A stretch of DNA of 64,000 nucleotides from Raillietiella orientalis (lineage: Eukaryota), in contig JAYWIR010000001.1 in assembly GCA_036172245.1 (NCBI GenBank), positions 11,036,001 through 11,100,000 on the forward strand, in the 5' to 3' direction. A program made the position numbers and the translations under genes. Each line of letters opens with the position of its first letter. The first letter of the stretch is position 1. The notes under the pieces were generated by a model, which was not told the origin of the DNA, did no database searches, and worked only from the letters and a program-made list of their open reading frames with translations. Shown here one piece after another: positions 35,701 through 48,384 of the stretch.

Positions 35701-38700
35701 TCCAGGCCGGTTTCCAGATTCTCTTCCGCTTCTGGCTATGCCTCCTCCTCCTCCCTCTTCATGTTTACTTTCTTCGGTCGTTTTTGGTGCGCGCATCGAT
35801 GGACCTGCGAGCGCGTGTGCAACCCGCGGGGATTCGTGCGTACTCGGATGCAGCCTCGTGGTGACCTGATCCACTTCCGTTTAGCCATTTTCCTCCCGCC
35901 GCGCGATCTCGCCACCTACCGCTACAGCGGCCCGAGAGCTGCTGTCGCTGCCCCGTTCGCCCTACACTGGACTCTTGTGCTCGCAGCCCTGCGCCCTCTC
36001 CCGTCCCCTCTCGGGTTATCACGCCCACGTCCAGGCACTGCTGGTAGCGGCAACCCCGGAAACACGCTGTGCGGATGCACCTTCCGAATCTGGCAAAGTG
36101 GCTTGTTCCCGCCACGCACCGCTTCCTCGAGGAAGACTGTTTTCTCGCCCCGCCCCGTCGGGAGAGAGCGATGGGTGCGGCCTCGGAGCGGCCCCTCATG
36201 GGAGCAGTGGCAACGTCTCCTTCCTTGGATCCACCGAAGAGCTATGTAGATACGGTCTGGTGTCTGACCTCCAGAGTCCCGGAGATCGGTCCTCCGGCGC
36301 TCTCGCGTTTTCCTTCGGACGCTCGGGGCTCTGCTCACGAGTCAGGAAAAGGCCCCGCAGTCCCTTGGCCTGCGCACCGCCGATCAGGGTCAGGGTCGTC
36401 TCGCTGTCGCTGCACGCCGTCCGAACCTGGCTGTCCGCCGTCCGCGAAATTGGAGGAGGGTGGCTGGAGTGCAGTAGTGGAGCCACTGAAGCCGAGTCGC
36501 GCTAGGAGGGAACTTTAGGCAAGAGAAAAATTCCCTGGAGACCGCACAGCGGACGCGAGGGGGGTGAGCCTAGACGGGACGCAGTGAGAATCAGAAGGTT
36601 TGTGGCAGCGGAGGGGTCCTACGACTGCAAGAAGGAGGGAAGAATATCTTCAAGATGCTAGCCCCGATGTGCCTGAGATTCTTTAAAGGAAGCGGCAGAA
36701 GCGTCTCCATGCTGGGATGTGCGCAGTTGAGGCAGGAGGTGGGAAACGCTTCATTCCCCGAACGTCCCCGAAAGAACGTTTCGATGGATGCTCCGTGGAC
36801 CCTTCTGGCATCAGACGGATCGCTCACGACCGCTCCAGGAACGCCCCTTCCCACCTTCTGCTGCTGCAGCGAGGCATGTTCCACTCGACTGGATGTTGTT
36901 GCCAATCCCGCCCCCATTTCCACTCGAAGCGACCCGTAGGCTCACACGGGCACTGCATCCACGCTGCAGGTCCTTCACTGGCTCCCGAGGAGGATCAGAG
37001 AGGGAGGGAGAAGTTCGCTTCTGTAGCTCTCCCCCAACTCCGCCGAGGAGCGAGGTTGGCCCTGCCGCAACGATCCGCTGCAGCCCTCAAAAACAACCAG
37101 CGTGTGTGCCCCAGAGTCTCAATCCTATTCTTCTCTTTTTTTCTCTCTTCACCTTTTCCTCCTTCTCCTCTTCCTCTTCCTCCTACCTTCCTTCCTCCTC
37201 CTTTCCTTTTCCTCCTCACCTTCCTCCTCCTTTTACCTTCCTCGTCCTCCTCCTCCTCTTTCTCCTCCCTCTCTCCTTCCTCTTTTACGGATCGGTTTTG
37301 ATGCGCCTGCGAAACCGATCCTCTCCGAAAGCCGAAGGCATCTCGTCTGCCGGATGAAATCGATCAGATAAGTCAGCCCGCTGCCTCCGCCTTCGAACCG
37401 GCCAATCTGCAGGCCCGATCCGACCTCTCCTTCTTCTTCCGGCCTACGCGTGCAGCCAGTGAAACCTCCGCTGGGTTGGAAGGTTCCCTCCAGATGGCGC
37501 GAGGCAGCGAATCAAGATGGGACGTGCGTTGGTGGGCGACCGATTGTTTGCTGCATGCCGGCGTCTTTTGGTCTTCCGAGACGTCCGCGCACGGAATCCG
37601 CGACGTCGTGCGGCCCGCAAGGAGGACGAGGCTCTGCCATCCACGCTCTCCGCCTCACCCTTCTTCCGCATCCTCGAGTTCGCTAAAAGGGGACCAACGG
37701 CAGACCAGCTGCCTGGGAGATCACGGGGACCCCCCGCTTCAAGGAAGGCAGAAAGGGAGAGTCGTCTCCACTGAAGTGCTTGAACGAAGAGAGATGCGCG
37801 CGAAATCCGGGAGGAGGAAGAGGGTCAGTTTGGATCTCTCCGGGACGACGTTCCACTCGCATCGTCATTCCGCCCGAGTGCAGCATCCGGAGCCGAGCCT
37901 CAGGCGGCAATCGGAGTCGACAGACGATGCCCTGGGGTTATTTTCTGTCCGTGGCCGAATCGCAAGGAGTCTTAAGGAAAGGGCGACGGACACCGTCCAT
38001 GAGCATTCCCTGATGGCGCCCGATGGACGCGTGCGAACGGAAAGGGAAACATCCTGTCCCGGAACTCCACGGTGCTGCGCGGAGGGCGGAACCAGAGGAG
38101 ACGCCGAAGTTTGCGGGGGGGGGGGATCGAAGCGCCGACACGGGAAGGAAGGAACAGCGCCCGTCAGCTACGAATTTTCCCTCTCCGAGATTTGAAGGGA
38201 GAGCCGGACCGCTGGACGAAAAGGATCCGTCCTCCAGCTTCTCTTCAAAGGATCTCGGGGGAAAAAGGCGACAGCGAAGAAGTCGGTCCGCTCCGATTCC
38301 CAGCTCCCTTCCCCGCTCCCCATAGCTCGTGGGGTCGTCGAGGCAGCATCGCTCCTTCGGCAGCCGCCCCACTCCCGCGCGTCGAGCCGTGCCCTGGCTG
38401 ACGCCGTTCGCCCTTCACGCGGTGGACGCCGGAAGCTGCCATCCCCCTTGGAGGCTTCGTAAAAGCATGCTCCAGTGCTTGCTCCGGAGGACGCGGCCGC
38501 CAGCCTTTGCGCTCTCCCTCCTCCCACAGAAGGGACCGCCTGAACGCAGACGCTCCGCTTTTTTAGCGAAAGTTCTTGAACGGAAAGACCCTCACTCCTC
38601 CCCTGCTCCCAACGGCTCACCCTCAGCCTACAGACCTTGAGGTGCGCCTCCTTACCCTTCCTTAGCGACCACCCCTGCGTGCGTGCTGCAGGGGCCCTCT

Positions 38701-40828
38701 ATCGACGAGGTCTGCACAAGGGCCAGAGTTGGCTCTCCGAGGGATGGAGCTCTCGTTCCCGCCCAAATCGATCCAGGAGGCAGCGGGGAAAGGGAGGAGA
38801 GGGGAAGGAGACCTTTTTCCGGAGCAGCGGACCCCCGGAAGACCACCTCCAGGGAAGACAAGCAGCTTCCGGTCTCCCTGCAGCTTCTCCCTTCCCCTGC
38901 CGCCCTCAGTGCGCCCCAGGCGGCCGGACCTGCGCGACCACCATCTCTAAGCCCTTCGTTCCTCCGCCCCTTTCTTCTCCGGCACGCGAGCTCAAGATGC
39001 CGCTGCGACGTCTGGAAAGAGCGGCCGTTTCTCACGGCTCTGCACCGGGCGTGATCTGGACTGGATCTTCGCGAGGGCACTTCAGGGGTCAGGCCGCTAC
39101 GTAGCTTCACGTTCACCGCCCTAGCACCCTCAAGAGACTTTCTCCCAGCCCTCAGGGAAGATAGGGAGGAGAGTGTAGCTTGCTGGGGAGTCTCTCTCCT
39201 TTCCCTCTCCCTTCCCACACACGAGGACACTCTCCCGTCCCCGTCGCATCGGGTTCAGGCGCGCAGACCCGGATTCCCTACGGACGACCGCGGGGGGAAG
39301 AGGCTGGTCCCAGATGTTCGTTCCTGGTCGATCCCGCCCTCCTTGAACCGCACTCAGAGGAGGAATGCGGAAGGAAGGGGTGGAGGGACGATGGTCGGTG
39401 GACAGGAAGGGAAGGTGCCCCAACGCTACCTCGCCACTTCTTCCCGCCCCCGCGCATCCCTGGAGTCGTCGTTCCCGAGAAGGAAGCCGATCCCGAGCTG
39501 ACCGCCGGCTCGTCCTCCTCCCCGCAGGCAATCCGCTTCCACGGGTTCCTCTGTAACGGCAGCTCCGGCAGGGGGGAAGATTGAGTCGGACCCACAGGCT
39601 GTTCCCCCTTTTCCGTGTTATCTCGGAATAGGAGACTCCGCGTCGGCGCATCTGCAGGACTCGCCGTTCCGGCAGTTCAGCGGGTCCAGGGGCAGCAGAA
39701 AAGGGAATGTCAGAGCCGCCTTGGGGCTGAGTTTGCTTGCCTCGTCCACCCGCGTTGCAGCCGGCAGGTCGCGCTCTCAATCTGCTTCGCCTCCGAGCTC
39801 TGGTTCCGGGGCGACCGCAAGCGGAGCTCAAGATGACCACTGGGGTTGCCCCCGGGTCGTGCCGAGCAGCGAGAAGCTTCTTCTCCCCATCCGTCCTCCC
39901 GAACTTTTCTCCGGAGGAAGGAGATCCCCAGATGGGAGAGAACCAAGGCGGCGGCAGCGTAGCCTGGGAGGAGGAGGGAGGGAAGAACTAAAGAAAGGGC
40001 GGTGACGCGCATCGGCGGCTCACGTTTTCTATTCCCTTTTCTCTAGCGCTTCCGATCGCCGCCCGGGGACAGCCCTCTCCGTCCCGATTTCCCTGTCTCC
40101 TCCATGACCTCGGAGATCACGTGGCAGTTTATCGTGTACAGCGTGAAGAAAAGGGGGGGAGTGACTCCGGATGGCCTGCCATCCCGAGCGCGTCCACGGC
40201 TTCTGCAGCAGGTGGTGTTGGCTGCCGCCCCCGCCCGCCCAGACTCCGCACCTCCGTCCCTGCGGCCTTGGCGGAGGCGTCGCGACCTGGCCTCGAGGTC
40301 AGCAGCGCTCCCGTCTACTCGCCCGCTTCCCGTTCCGTTCGCCGAAGGGGCCAATGCCTCTCAGGGTCAGCGCCACCGATCCGCTGCCGCTCCATGGCGG
40401 CCCGACCCTCGCGTGGGAGAGCCTCACAGACCGCGCCCTTCGTCCTCCTGTCCTCCCGCCGACTCGCGCGCGTGTCCCAGAAGACCCCGCAGCTGCTGGA
40501 AAGGGCCCCGACGGAAGCTCCTTCAGCGTCCTCATTTCACAGAGGCGGCTCCGTTGCTGCGCGCATCCCGGAAGGCAGCGGGGGGCCATATACGCGCGGT
40601 TCCCACCTGCTCCCTTCCCAGGCAGCCAAATACACTTAGGGGTCATTAATCCCGGTATCCCTCAGGTACGAGGCCACGGACATGAACATCTACCGGTCGG
40701 CGCTCAGTGCCTGCGTCATCATGGGGCTCCCCAACGTGTACGACTACATCCACAAGCACCGGGAGCGGCTCATGGAAGAGAAGCGGCAGAAGCTGCTGGC
40801 CCTTCAGCAGGCGCAGAGGGCGAACTGA
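26708..40828 (+). CDS. KLHL10: Kelch-like protein 10 (BTB-BACK-Kelch Cul3 adaptor), 9 exons, 613 aa
   Basis: Exons with GT-AG boundaries and consistent phases: 26708-26913, 27295-27546, 28460-28739, 29737-29973, 30032-30201, 30427-30596, 31186-31344, 32862-33066, 40666-40828 (1842 nt). Contains BTB (LCDA...[19 protein letters not shown]), [39 protein letters not shown], kelch GG repeats, and the C-terminus [18 protein letters not shown] typical of KLHL10. Confidence 0.93.
29275..29352 (+). repeat. Perfect 39-bp tandem duplication in KLHL10 intron 3
   Basis: CCGTTTTCTGCGGAATTGCAGAGTTTCGGGGGAGAAGAA x2. Confidence 0.95.
37125..37287 (+). repeat. Long polypyrimidine (CT-rich) low-complexity tract
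   Basis: About 160 nt almost entirely C/T, in KLHL10 intron 8. Confidence 0.85.
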
Positions 40829-41136
40829 CCCGCAGGGCGCGCCTACCCCATCCAGAGGGTGCGGAGGGACCTCCGCACCCTTCGCCTCTCCGCTGCCCGA
40901 ACCCTCGGAGTTTGCGCGTAAGTTTTCATCCTTCACCCCCCCCCCCTCTCTCTCTCTCTCTCGGGTCCCTGCCCTTACGCGCTTTGCGACCATGAGCCGA
41001 CCTCCTCCCTCAGGTGTTCTCGGAGCTGGCTGCTGTCCTCCGTGCACGAGCCACCGGAAGCGACCGAAAAGTCCAGCAGCTGCCCCTCGTCCCCCCCTCC
41101 GGCGCGCTCACGGACGGGCGGAGCGGGGAGCGCACG

Positions 41137-41142
41137 AATAAA
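41137..41142 (+). promoter_or_regulatory. Candidate polyadenylation signal of KLHL10
   Basis: AATAAA about 310 nt after the stop codon, in otherwise GC-rich sequence. Confidence 0.55.
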
Positions 41143-44089
41143 CGGCCACCTCGGCCTGCCGAGGCTTCCAATTCTGAAAGAGAAGGGATGAAAGGGGGGA
41201 AAGGGCGCCAACCAGCGTGTGGCTGCATCCCGAGCCGAACAGGTGCTCTTCCGGAGGCTCAATGCGGCAGAAATTCACTTCCAGGTCACGGGGCGGGTGA
41301 CGTAACGAGGACGAAAGCAGCCTTTTATCCTTTCCCCTCCCCCTCCTCTTCCCTTTTTGCAATTTTTTAGGACTTCAGGGATGAGGAATAGTCGGATGCT
41401 TGGAAATTTCTGGGAGCAGAAGTAGGTCTCAGCTTCCGTCATCAAGAGAGAGGTGACGTTCCTCCGGGATGAGGATAGGGGGTCAATAGAAGGAAGCACC
41501 GTCTTCCCTTCTCCTTTGAGGGGCAGATGGCAGCTGACGAAGACGGGCGCCGAGCCGCCTGATAGAGGAGGAAATCGTATCTCGCGGAGAAGCGAGGAGG
41601 AGAAGGGGAAGAATCCTTTTTTTAATCGTTCATCCTCCTCCTCCTTCCTGCCTCTTCTCCTCGTGCGTTCCTCTCCCAGCATCCCGTGACCCCAGAAGGG
41701 GATGAACTCGGTGTGGGAGTGTGTCTGAGCCCGTTTCTCATCGGGAATGAGGAAGCGGCGCGCGCAGTCTGCCCCCCTCACTCCGAGACGCAGGGAACCT
41801 GGAGGGGTGCTGGAGACTTCCCGGATTCCCCTCCAGGGAGGCGAAGGGATGCCTCCCCGTTGGCATCCTTCAAACTCTGCGGATGAACTACCGACCGCGG
41901 AGGCACGCGAATCGGTGCCAGCAGGCGACCGGGACCCGCTATGCTCCGGCAGTTGGACCGGTCCAGACCATCTGCAGAAGTGCTCAGCTGGAAGCAGGAT
42001 GAAGGGAAACGCTCTGCGTCTCCCTCCAGCTACCTTCGGAGCTGCGACGCCGAAGGATCCCGGGGGGATGCTGCATGCGAACTGGCCAAAGAGGTCTTTG
42101 CGGAAGGAAGGGGAACGAAGGCTGCTGAAAGAGGTCTGCTCTGTTCCGAGATCATCTGACGCCATCCTGTGCGCTTCGCGGAACCACCGTGCCCTCCTCT
42201 GAAACAGGGCCGCGGTGGGGCGTACATTTCGGGAGATTTTGGGTGCGAAGAACGCAAGCGCGGATTTTGGGCAGAAAGTGGGAAGAGTCTCACTTTTCCC
42301 GGTTTGGACGGAACGATTCCCATTCCGGATGGCCTTGCGCAAAATGAACCAATAAAGATGAAGGGAACAGCCTCGCATCATTCTTTGAAACGTGGGAAAG
42401 GAAGGGGGAAGATCGGTGAGGAGGTAATTTATAGGGTACGCGTCGGGCCCTCAGCGATTTTCCTTTCTTTATTTCAAAGAGCCGCACCGCAGGGAAAAGG
42501 AAAGGGCAGGGGTGCGGGCACCGGCATAAGCCCTTTCGTGTAGTCTTCGCTCGACTTCTTGAAGCCTTCCCTCCACTTGAAGGGCACAGGGTGAGGGTGG
42601 CATTGTCTCCGATTCGTAAACCATCCGTGGAGACGCCCCCCCCTTCCCCTCGCCCCGAAAACACCCACGTCCCGTAGGTGAACTCTTCGTTCACTTCCTG
42701 CTGAGACATGTCTTGGAAGCAGTCGAAGGCAGAGCGAGGGAGGTAATCCCAAACTGCCGCCGGGAGGCCTCGTTCCCCTGACGTCGTGCAGCTGAGGCCA
42801 CTGGGGACCATCGCTACGTCGCAGCTCCTCCCACTTTGCATCGGAGACGCGCCACCCCGTCTCGCATGGGCCCCGGTGGCGCTGCCCGAAAGCGGCATTC
42901 GAGAACTCGAGGTGGAAGAAACGGCCTGTCAACAACAGCCTCGAACGCATAGCGGGGTTTGACGAGCAGAACCCCTGCCGCTCCCATTACCATCAACCGA
43001 CAACGAGTGCTGCAGGGATCGGGAAGAGAGCAGGTCATTTGTCTTAAGGTTTTCTCCGAAAGCATGCCACGCAGAGGTTCCTCTGCGCGTGGCCACTCAG
43101 GATGGAGCAAACCCCACACCTCTGGAGTCCTCTCTACAGAGAGAGTTCCTGCGTGACGCATGCCGATTTCGAGAACCCCCTCGAGGGTTTGGCAGATCTG
43201 CGAGCAGCAGCTGCTCAGACCCGCGAGCTCACAGAAAGAATGCGAGGAAGAGGGAACCCCAAACCAGAGTCCCTGGAGAAGTTCTCAGGACTCCAGTTTG
43301 GGTTTGAGACCTCGAATTGGTGGGTGGTTCGCAATTGGGGAAAGGTTGGAACGGATCAGATTCGGTCGGGTCACATTAGATTAGGTCTGGTAAGGTTGGG
43401 CGAGGTCCAGTGAGGAAACCTAACCACCGACCTGTCCTCTCTAAAATCTGCAGCCTGGCACCCTCAGAATAGCAGACGCTGGGCTGCTTGCGGGGCTTTA
43501 TCCATCGTGTGGCTCCCCTCTTGAGTCTCTTCTTCCGGTCCTCCCGTCGTTTCCATCCATCCATCCTTCCCTGGAGTTTCCCGAAGCTGAGCCTCTCTGG
43601 AAGACTCCCGCACCGAGGCTGCAGTTTTGACTGCCGTGACCCTGCGCTAGGGGACCTTCTGAGTGCGTAGCATCCACCGAGCGGAGGAGGAAGGGTCGAG
43701 CGGGCGGCTTTGATGCCCACCATCCTGAGTGCCTTTTTCTTTCTTTTTTTTCTTTTGCACTCGCCGAGTTTCGAAAGTCGCCCAGAGATGAGACGCTTTT
43801 GTTTTGTTTTTCTACTTAACCCGGGATGGGCGTTCCTCTGGTTGGTAAGCGCGCGCATTCCTAAGGGGACGAACTCCTTCCACCCCCACCTCCCACCCCA
43901 CCCCTGACTACCTGATGACTCGCACCTTTTCACTGATGCCGAAGGACGAACTCATCAGGAAGGGTAGGCAGCACAACGGGATGAGAAATGCCAAGACGAG
44001 AAGCTCCAGACTCTGTGGCTCAGCCCGATCAGCCATGTCAATGAGTATTGTTCGAAGAGTAGGAAGAAGTGGACAGAGAGTTTTCAGGA

Positions 44090-44580
44090 CCGCGTTGGTG
44101 GCTGTGCGCCTGCCGTCTCCGTGAGCGCAGCACCGAGTCACGGGTTCGAATCCCACCCGGAGGAAGATCGAAGCCGAGAAACAGGCGCGTCATGGGTTTC
44201 GAGTTCCCCCAAAAGATGACGCTGGTTGGCCTCTCTATTCGGGTGCGGCACTGGTAGAAACTGAAAAACCGGATGCTCCCTATGAGTGGCCGGGAGCAGG
44301 AGTCTGCCCTCTGGGTCCATCCAGAAATCAGAATCAAGGAGTCCCCTTGGGGTCCCCCCCCAGTTGTGCAAATGGAATCGTCCCCCCTTCTCGGGGAAGG
44401 ACTCTCTCTCTATTGCGTTCCGTGAAGCTGGTGTATTGACACCTCTCTAGAGTGTAAAGAAGCGTCCTTGAAATTTCTTCAGAGAAGGAAACGAGAAGCG
44501 GTTCCCTTGCGGATTTCCTCCGGAGAAGAGATGCCAAGAGCGGATCCTTTCCGGGTTCCCTTTCGAGGAGAAGGTCACCC
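44090..44580 (+). mobile_element. tRNA-headed SINE-like element
   Basis: Pol III B-box GGTTCGAATCC at 44143-44153 and a second B-box-like GGGTTTCGAGTTCCC at 44194-44208. Homologous to 21830-22680 and 6497-6633. Confidence 0.7.
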
Positions 44581-45024
44581 AAGAAGCATTTCTGTTTTTC
44601 TCACCCCCCAGCTATGTGCTTTCGTAGCTTTTCATCCACTGTCGGTCACATTCGATGCGAACTTGGTCCGCGCTTCCCACTAAGATACCTGCTGGGAGAC
44701 CGTTCCTGGATCTTGGCTTCTTCAGGTCTTTACGTTTCGAGCTTCTTTCCTATTCTTTTTTTCTGTTTTTCCCTACAGTAACAGCGTTGCATTGGACAGG
44801 CTGGTGGTCGGCCACTGCTGGCTCGACAGCTCTCCTGCAACGATTCCTCGCATCTCAAAGGGACGTCACGAACTCGTGGACTGAGCTGGCGGCACGTCAC
44901 AGGATGTTCTTGTGCTGCCAGTGGCCTCGTCCGCCTTCTTTGGCTCCATCGTTTCCCTCACCTGAAAACCCTATGTATTCGAGAACCGTTTGCTTGGAGG
45001 CTCACGAAGCTGTTTAACACGGTC

Positions 45025-45240
45025 CACGTCACCCGAGGGTGAGTGCTAACTCTTCAAGTTAGGGGACCACACTACGAATCCAGAAAGGGCTCCGGAGAAA
45101 TGATTCCGTTCCTCTCAAGCTTGAGAGGGAACCCTGAAGGAAACCATTCACCCTGAATGGCTCCTAAGGGAACTTCGAATGGAACCTCTTCCTTATTGTC
45201 TCCGGAGGGGCCCTGGGAAAAGCCACTCCTCGTTTCCTGA
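45025..45240 (-). repeat. 3' part of the SINE-like repeat, inverted
   Basis: Reverse complement GTTCCCTCTCAAGCTTGAGAGGAACGGAATCATTTCTCCGGAGCCCTTTCTGGATTC...TAACTTGAAGAGTT matches 22531-22640. Confidence 0.7.
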
Positions 45241-45299
45241 GTCTACGTGAGTTTCTGAAGCTGCCATGTTCTTTGCTCCAAAGCAGGATGACTCTTGTG

Positions 45300-47000
45300 C
45301 TTGGGGAAAGACCAAAACGGTCAGGAATGCATTCCAGGAACCATCTTTTCTTTCCAAAACACAGCGGAGTCATTTCAAACGTTTTCGGGATCTGCGTTCA
45401 ATACTGGAACCGAGTCTGTGTCGTTCTAGGGTTGACACAAGATGGGATCTAATGATGGAAAGGTGGAGCACGATGAGGGAAGGAGAAACTGGGAAAAGGG
45501 GCTCTGTGCAATGCATGCTCGTTGTTCCTTGTGCCACTGTTCTCAAGGCGATCGTTTTGCCGGAGGCCAAATCCTGATACAACACTTGAAGCAAGAGAAA
45601 TGGAAGGTTTTCGTCAGCGCTGGTTGTGGATTTCCACCGACCCTGCAGCTTGAAAGGGACTTCGCCAAGACACCACTTCACAGACATCCTTATGTCCTCT
45701 CCAGAAAAGATTAGGGAAGCCGCCTCGACAGCATCCAAAACCTCCAGTATGAGAGATTTTAGGACTGTTCCCGTCTGGGAGAATGAGGCCTAGAAAGAGG
45801 GAGCATAGCCGCTCGAACAAGATGGTCAGCAGTTTCTCAGAGGTCTGATCACATTGAACTAGAAACTATCCTTCCTGATACTTGGCTAGGTTTAGTATGG
45901 GAAGGGAGAGATTCAAAGGGTCCTCCTCCTCACCTCAGTGAGCTCTTACGATCCCGTCGGATGCTCTCCTTGCCTCCTTCTGCGATTTACGTACAGAATA
46001 AAAGGCGCCGCAGTCCGTTTCGCATTGCTTTGCCTACCGAGACAAATGTCAATCCCCCTATCCCCGTCTATTGCAAGCAAAGATTGGAAGACGCATGCCT
46101 GTTTGTGCGCCCGTAGCTTACGTTTACACGAATCCCTCTTGACCTGCTGGTGCACCTTTATTGCCTTTCGTATCCTCCTTTCTGCAATCTTGCATCAGAT
46201 CCTATATTTGCTCAGGTATTTCATCCCAAAGATAAGAGCGTTGGCACGAGTGTCCAAAGACCTGAGTTCTGCGACCTTCGACACAAACGATTTTCCTGAC
46301 ACTAATAGTAGATGATCGAAGCTCCCCTTACCCCCCTTCTGTCATCTCTGGTTAACAAGAACTGGGTCTGAAAATCTGGGAAGTATCTGCACCTGCATCT
46401 GAATTTCTTGGTCCCTCCCGGCTAGTGCCGTGTTCTTCAGGGACTTGTTTTTTCAGGGACTACCGAAGACGTGAACCCTCATTGTGTTTCCATCATTTCC
46501 TAAGAAATGTTTCTATCTGTTTTTTTTTTTTCCTTTTCATCCACCCGGATATTCGTGGAGCGTCCTACTCGAGCTCCGAGCTGCGCTACGTCGGGAAACG
46601 ACCTGCAGCTTCCTTCTTGTGTTAATAATGAGAACCCTTGAATTTTCCACTTCCTGTCAAGGAATTCATGGGTACTCTGGTCAATCCCCCAAGTCGAGCT
46701 CTTCTCTTGCCCACAGACAGAAGATCCGGTCACGTTTGATTTCAAAGGAAGACCTGTCCGATTTTGCAGCTGCCTATTTTGAGTTCTCTGGGAATCTTTT
46801 TAAAAAATATCCACGAGTACCATCTTCAACACCGAAATGCGTCGTAAACCCAACGTCATGCCCGGAAGTTGGAAGTTGGCTCTGAGGGGGGAAGGTGACC
46901 TTTTCTAGATCGCACCCAGGGCACGAATTCCATGCTTCAGGCCAGAATGTACTCACCTCTCGTTCCCAGGTTTGGATGCTTTTAGGCAACTGGAAGGAAA
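45300..47000 (+). mobile_element. Probable decayed LINE ORF2 remnant (RT/post-RT region)
   Basis: SIPLS...KDW...FRILLSAILHQILYLL and KIRSRLISKEDL resemble the post-RT region of L1/Tx1 ORF2. Many disruptions. Confidence 0.4.
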
Positions 47001-48384
47001 GGAGGTTAGGAGGACCTTCGGAATGAACTTCTCAGGAAGCATTCCTGTCAGTAGGCAAAGAAATATGGTTCGCAGGTCTCTTCAATGAAGCTCTAGTGAA
47101 GCATGAAAAGAGAGCTCATGTGATGAGCATCCCATGAGCACTTTCGGAGGAGCTGGAATGCATGATGCTCTGGGAAAGCATCCCAGTTGTCGATGGAGCC
47201 AATGAGCTCTTGTTTTGCAGTATTCATCGATCTCCTGCCTCCCTTCGAAAAAACGAAGCTATCCAAGTAGTCTTGCATTGAAGACGTCGATGTTCATAGC
47301 ATTTTCCGATAATGAAGGGGGAGACTAGATTCGAGGATTGAAAGTAGTGCATCGGAAGCCTCTTCTCCTCTACCCTCTTCTCTGTTGTTCCTATGATTAA
47401 ATTTAATAGTAAAGGCCAACATTTTTCTTCAAGTGCTTTTGTTCTCCATCTGTCATATTCAAAGAGACTTTCTAGGGAAAAGTTTCATCCATAAACAAGC
47501 TTCCGTAAAGAGCTACTTCGTCCCTTGTGTTACAGGAAGAATAACAAATAGTTTTTCTGAATCTAAGATGATGACTTTCAGGATTCAAAAGCGTTTCATT
47601 TTAGAAAGCGTTTCTCCCAAGTACAATTACGTATACAATACGATAAACAGTCTGACTAGTTCAAAGCCGTATATGTGATCGTAATCGTGAATGTTTTTCG
47701 AAGAAATGGAAAATGGAAAATTTTTTGTGGCTTATGTGTGAAATAGATAAAATCCAATTGAATAAAGCCTCCCGGGAGACTGGATGACAACTCTGAAGAT
47801 GAGTAAAAAGACAAGAAAAATTCAAGTCCAATACCCCGCGGATGGGAGTCTGCGAAAAAGAATCATTTTACTCCTTGGTGCACAACCAAGTGAAAGCACG
47901 AACCATGATATCTTGAAATCTGTCCGAGCACTGATTAAGATCAGCAATTCATCCAATTACACAATCAATATAGCACATTCATTCATTAATAGAGTTGCTT
48001 GGATTGCGGCAGTTCCTTAAAATTCTGTGGGACGGGCAAGGACACGGCAATATTAAATTCCATTGATGTACGTTTTCTCAGTTCAAAATACCAAGTGTTT
48101 ACCGAACACTAATTTAGAAAATGTCAGAAGGATATATTTGCTTCAAATATGACTTTCAAAAACTGCTTCAATCTGTAGTATGACTCCATTTAAAAAAAAG
48201 AATAATTCAGATTTAATATTTAGGGAACTGGTAACAAATGATGTGATTCACAATATAGATTTGAAAAAGTGATTGCTTCTCACCGAAAGACATCCAAAGC
48301 TGCTGAAGTTGATGCACTTGTGTGTTGAACTAAGTGTTAGTTCATTTTATCAAATCTGTTTTAATGCCAGCAATATGATAAAAT

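Noticed and set aside
41275-42381. 368-aa minus-strand ORF
   Set aside because: No recognisable motif, codon bias or splice structure.
43360-43430. TTAGG-like telomeric repeats
   Set aside because: Only a few degenerate units; not an array.
44090-44160. tRNA gene
   Set aside because: Only the T-loop/B-box is present, no cloverleaf could be built, and it is part of a dispersed repeat.
45370-45760. Minus-strand peptide IFSGEDIRMSVKWCLGEVPF superficially like influenza PB2 VFSQED..IKAVRGDLNF (endogenous virus?)
   Set aside because: Short match with no other viral motifs; the plus strand of the region is better explained as a decayed LINE.
47740-47880. Possible spliced gene divergent from Mon1
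   Set aside because: Plausible splice sites give only a ~30-codon frame with no recognisable product.
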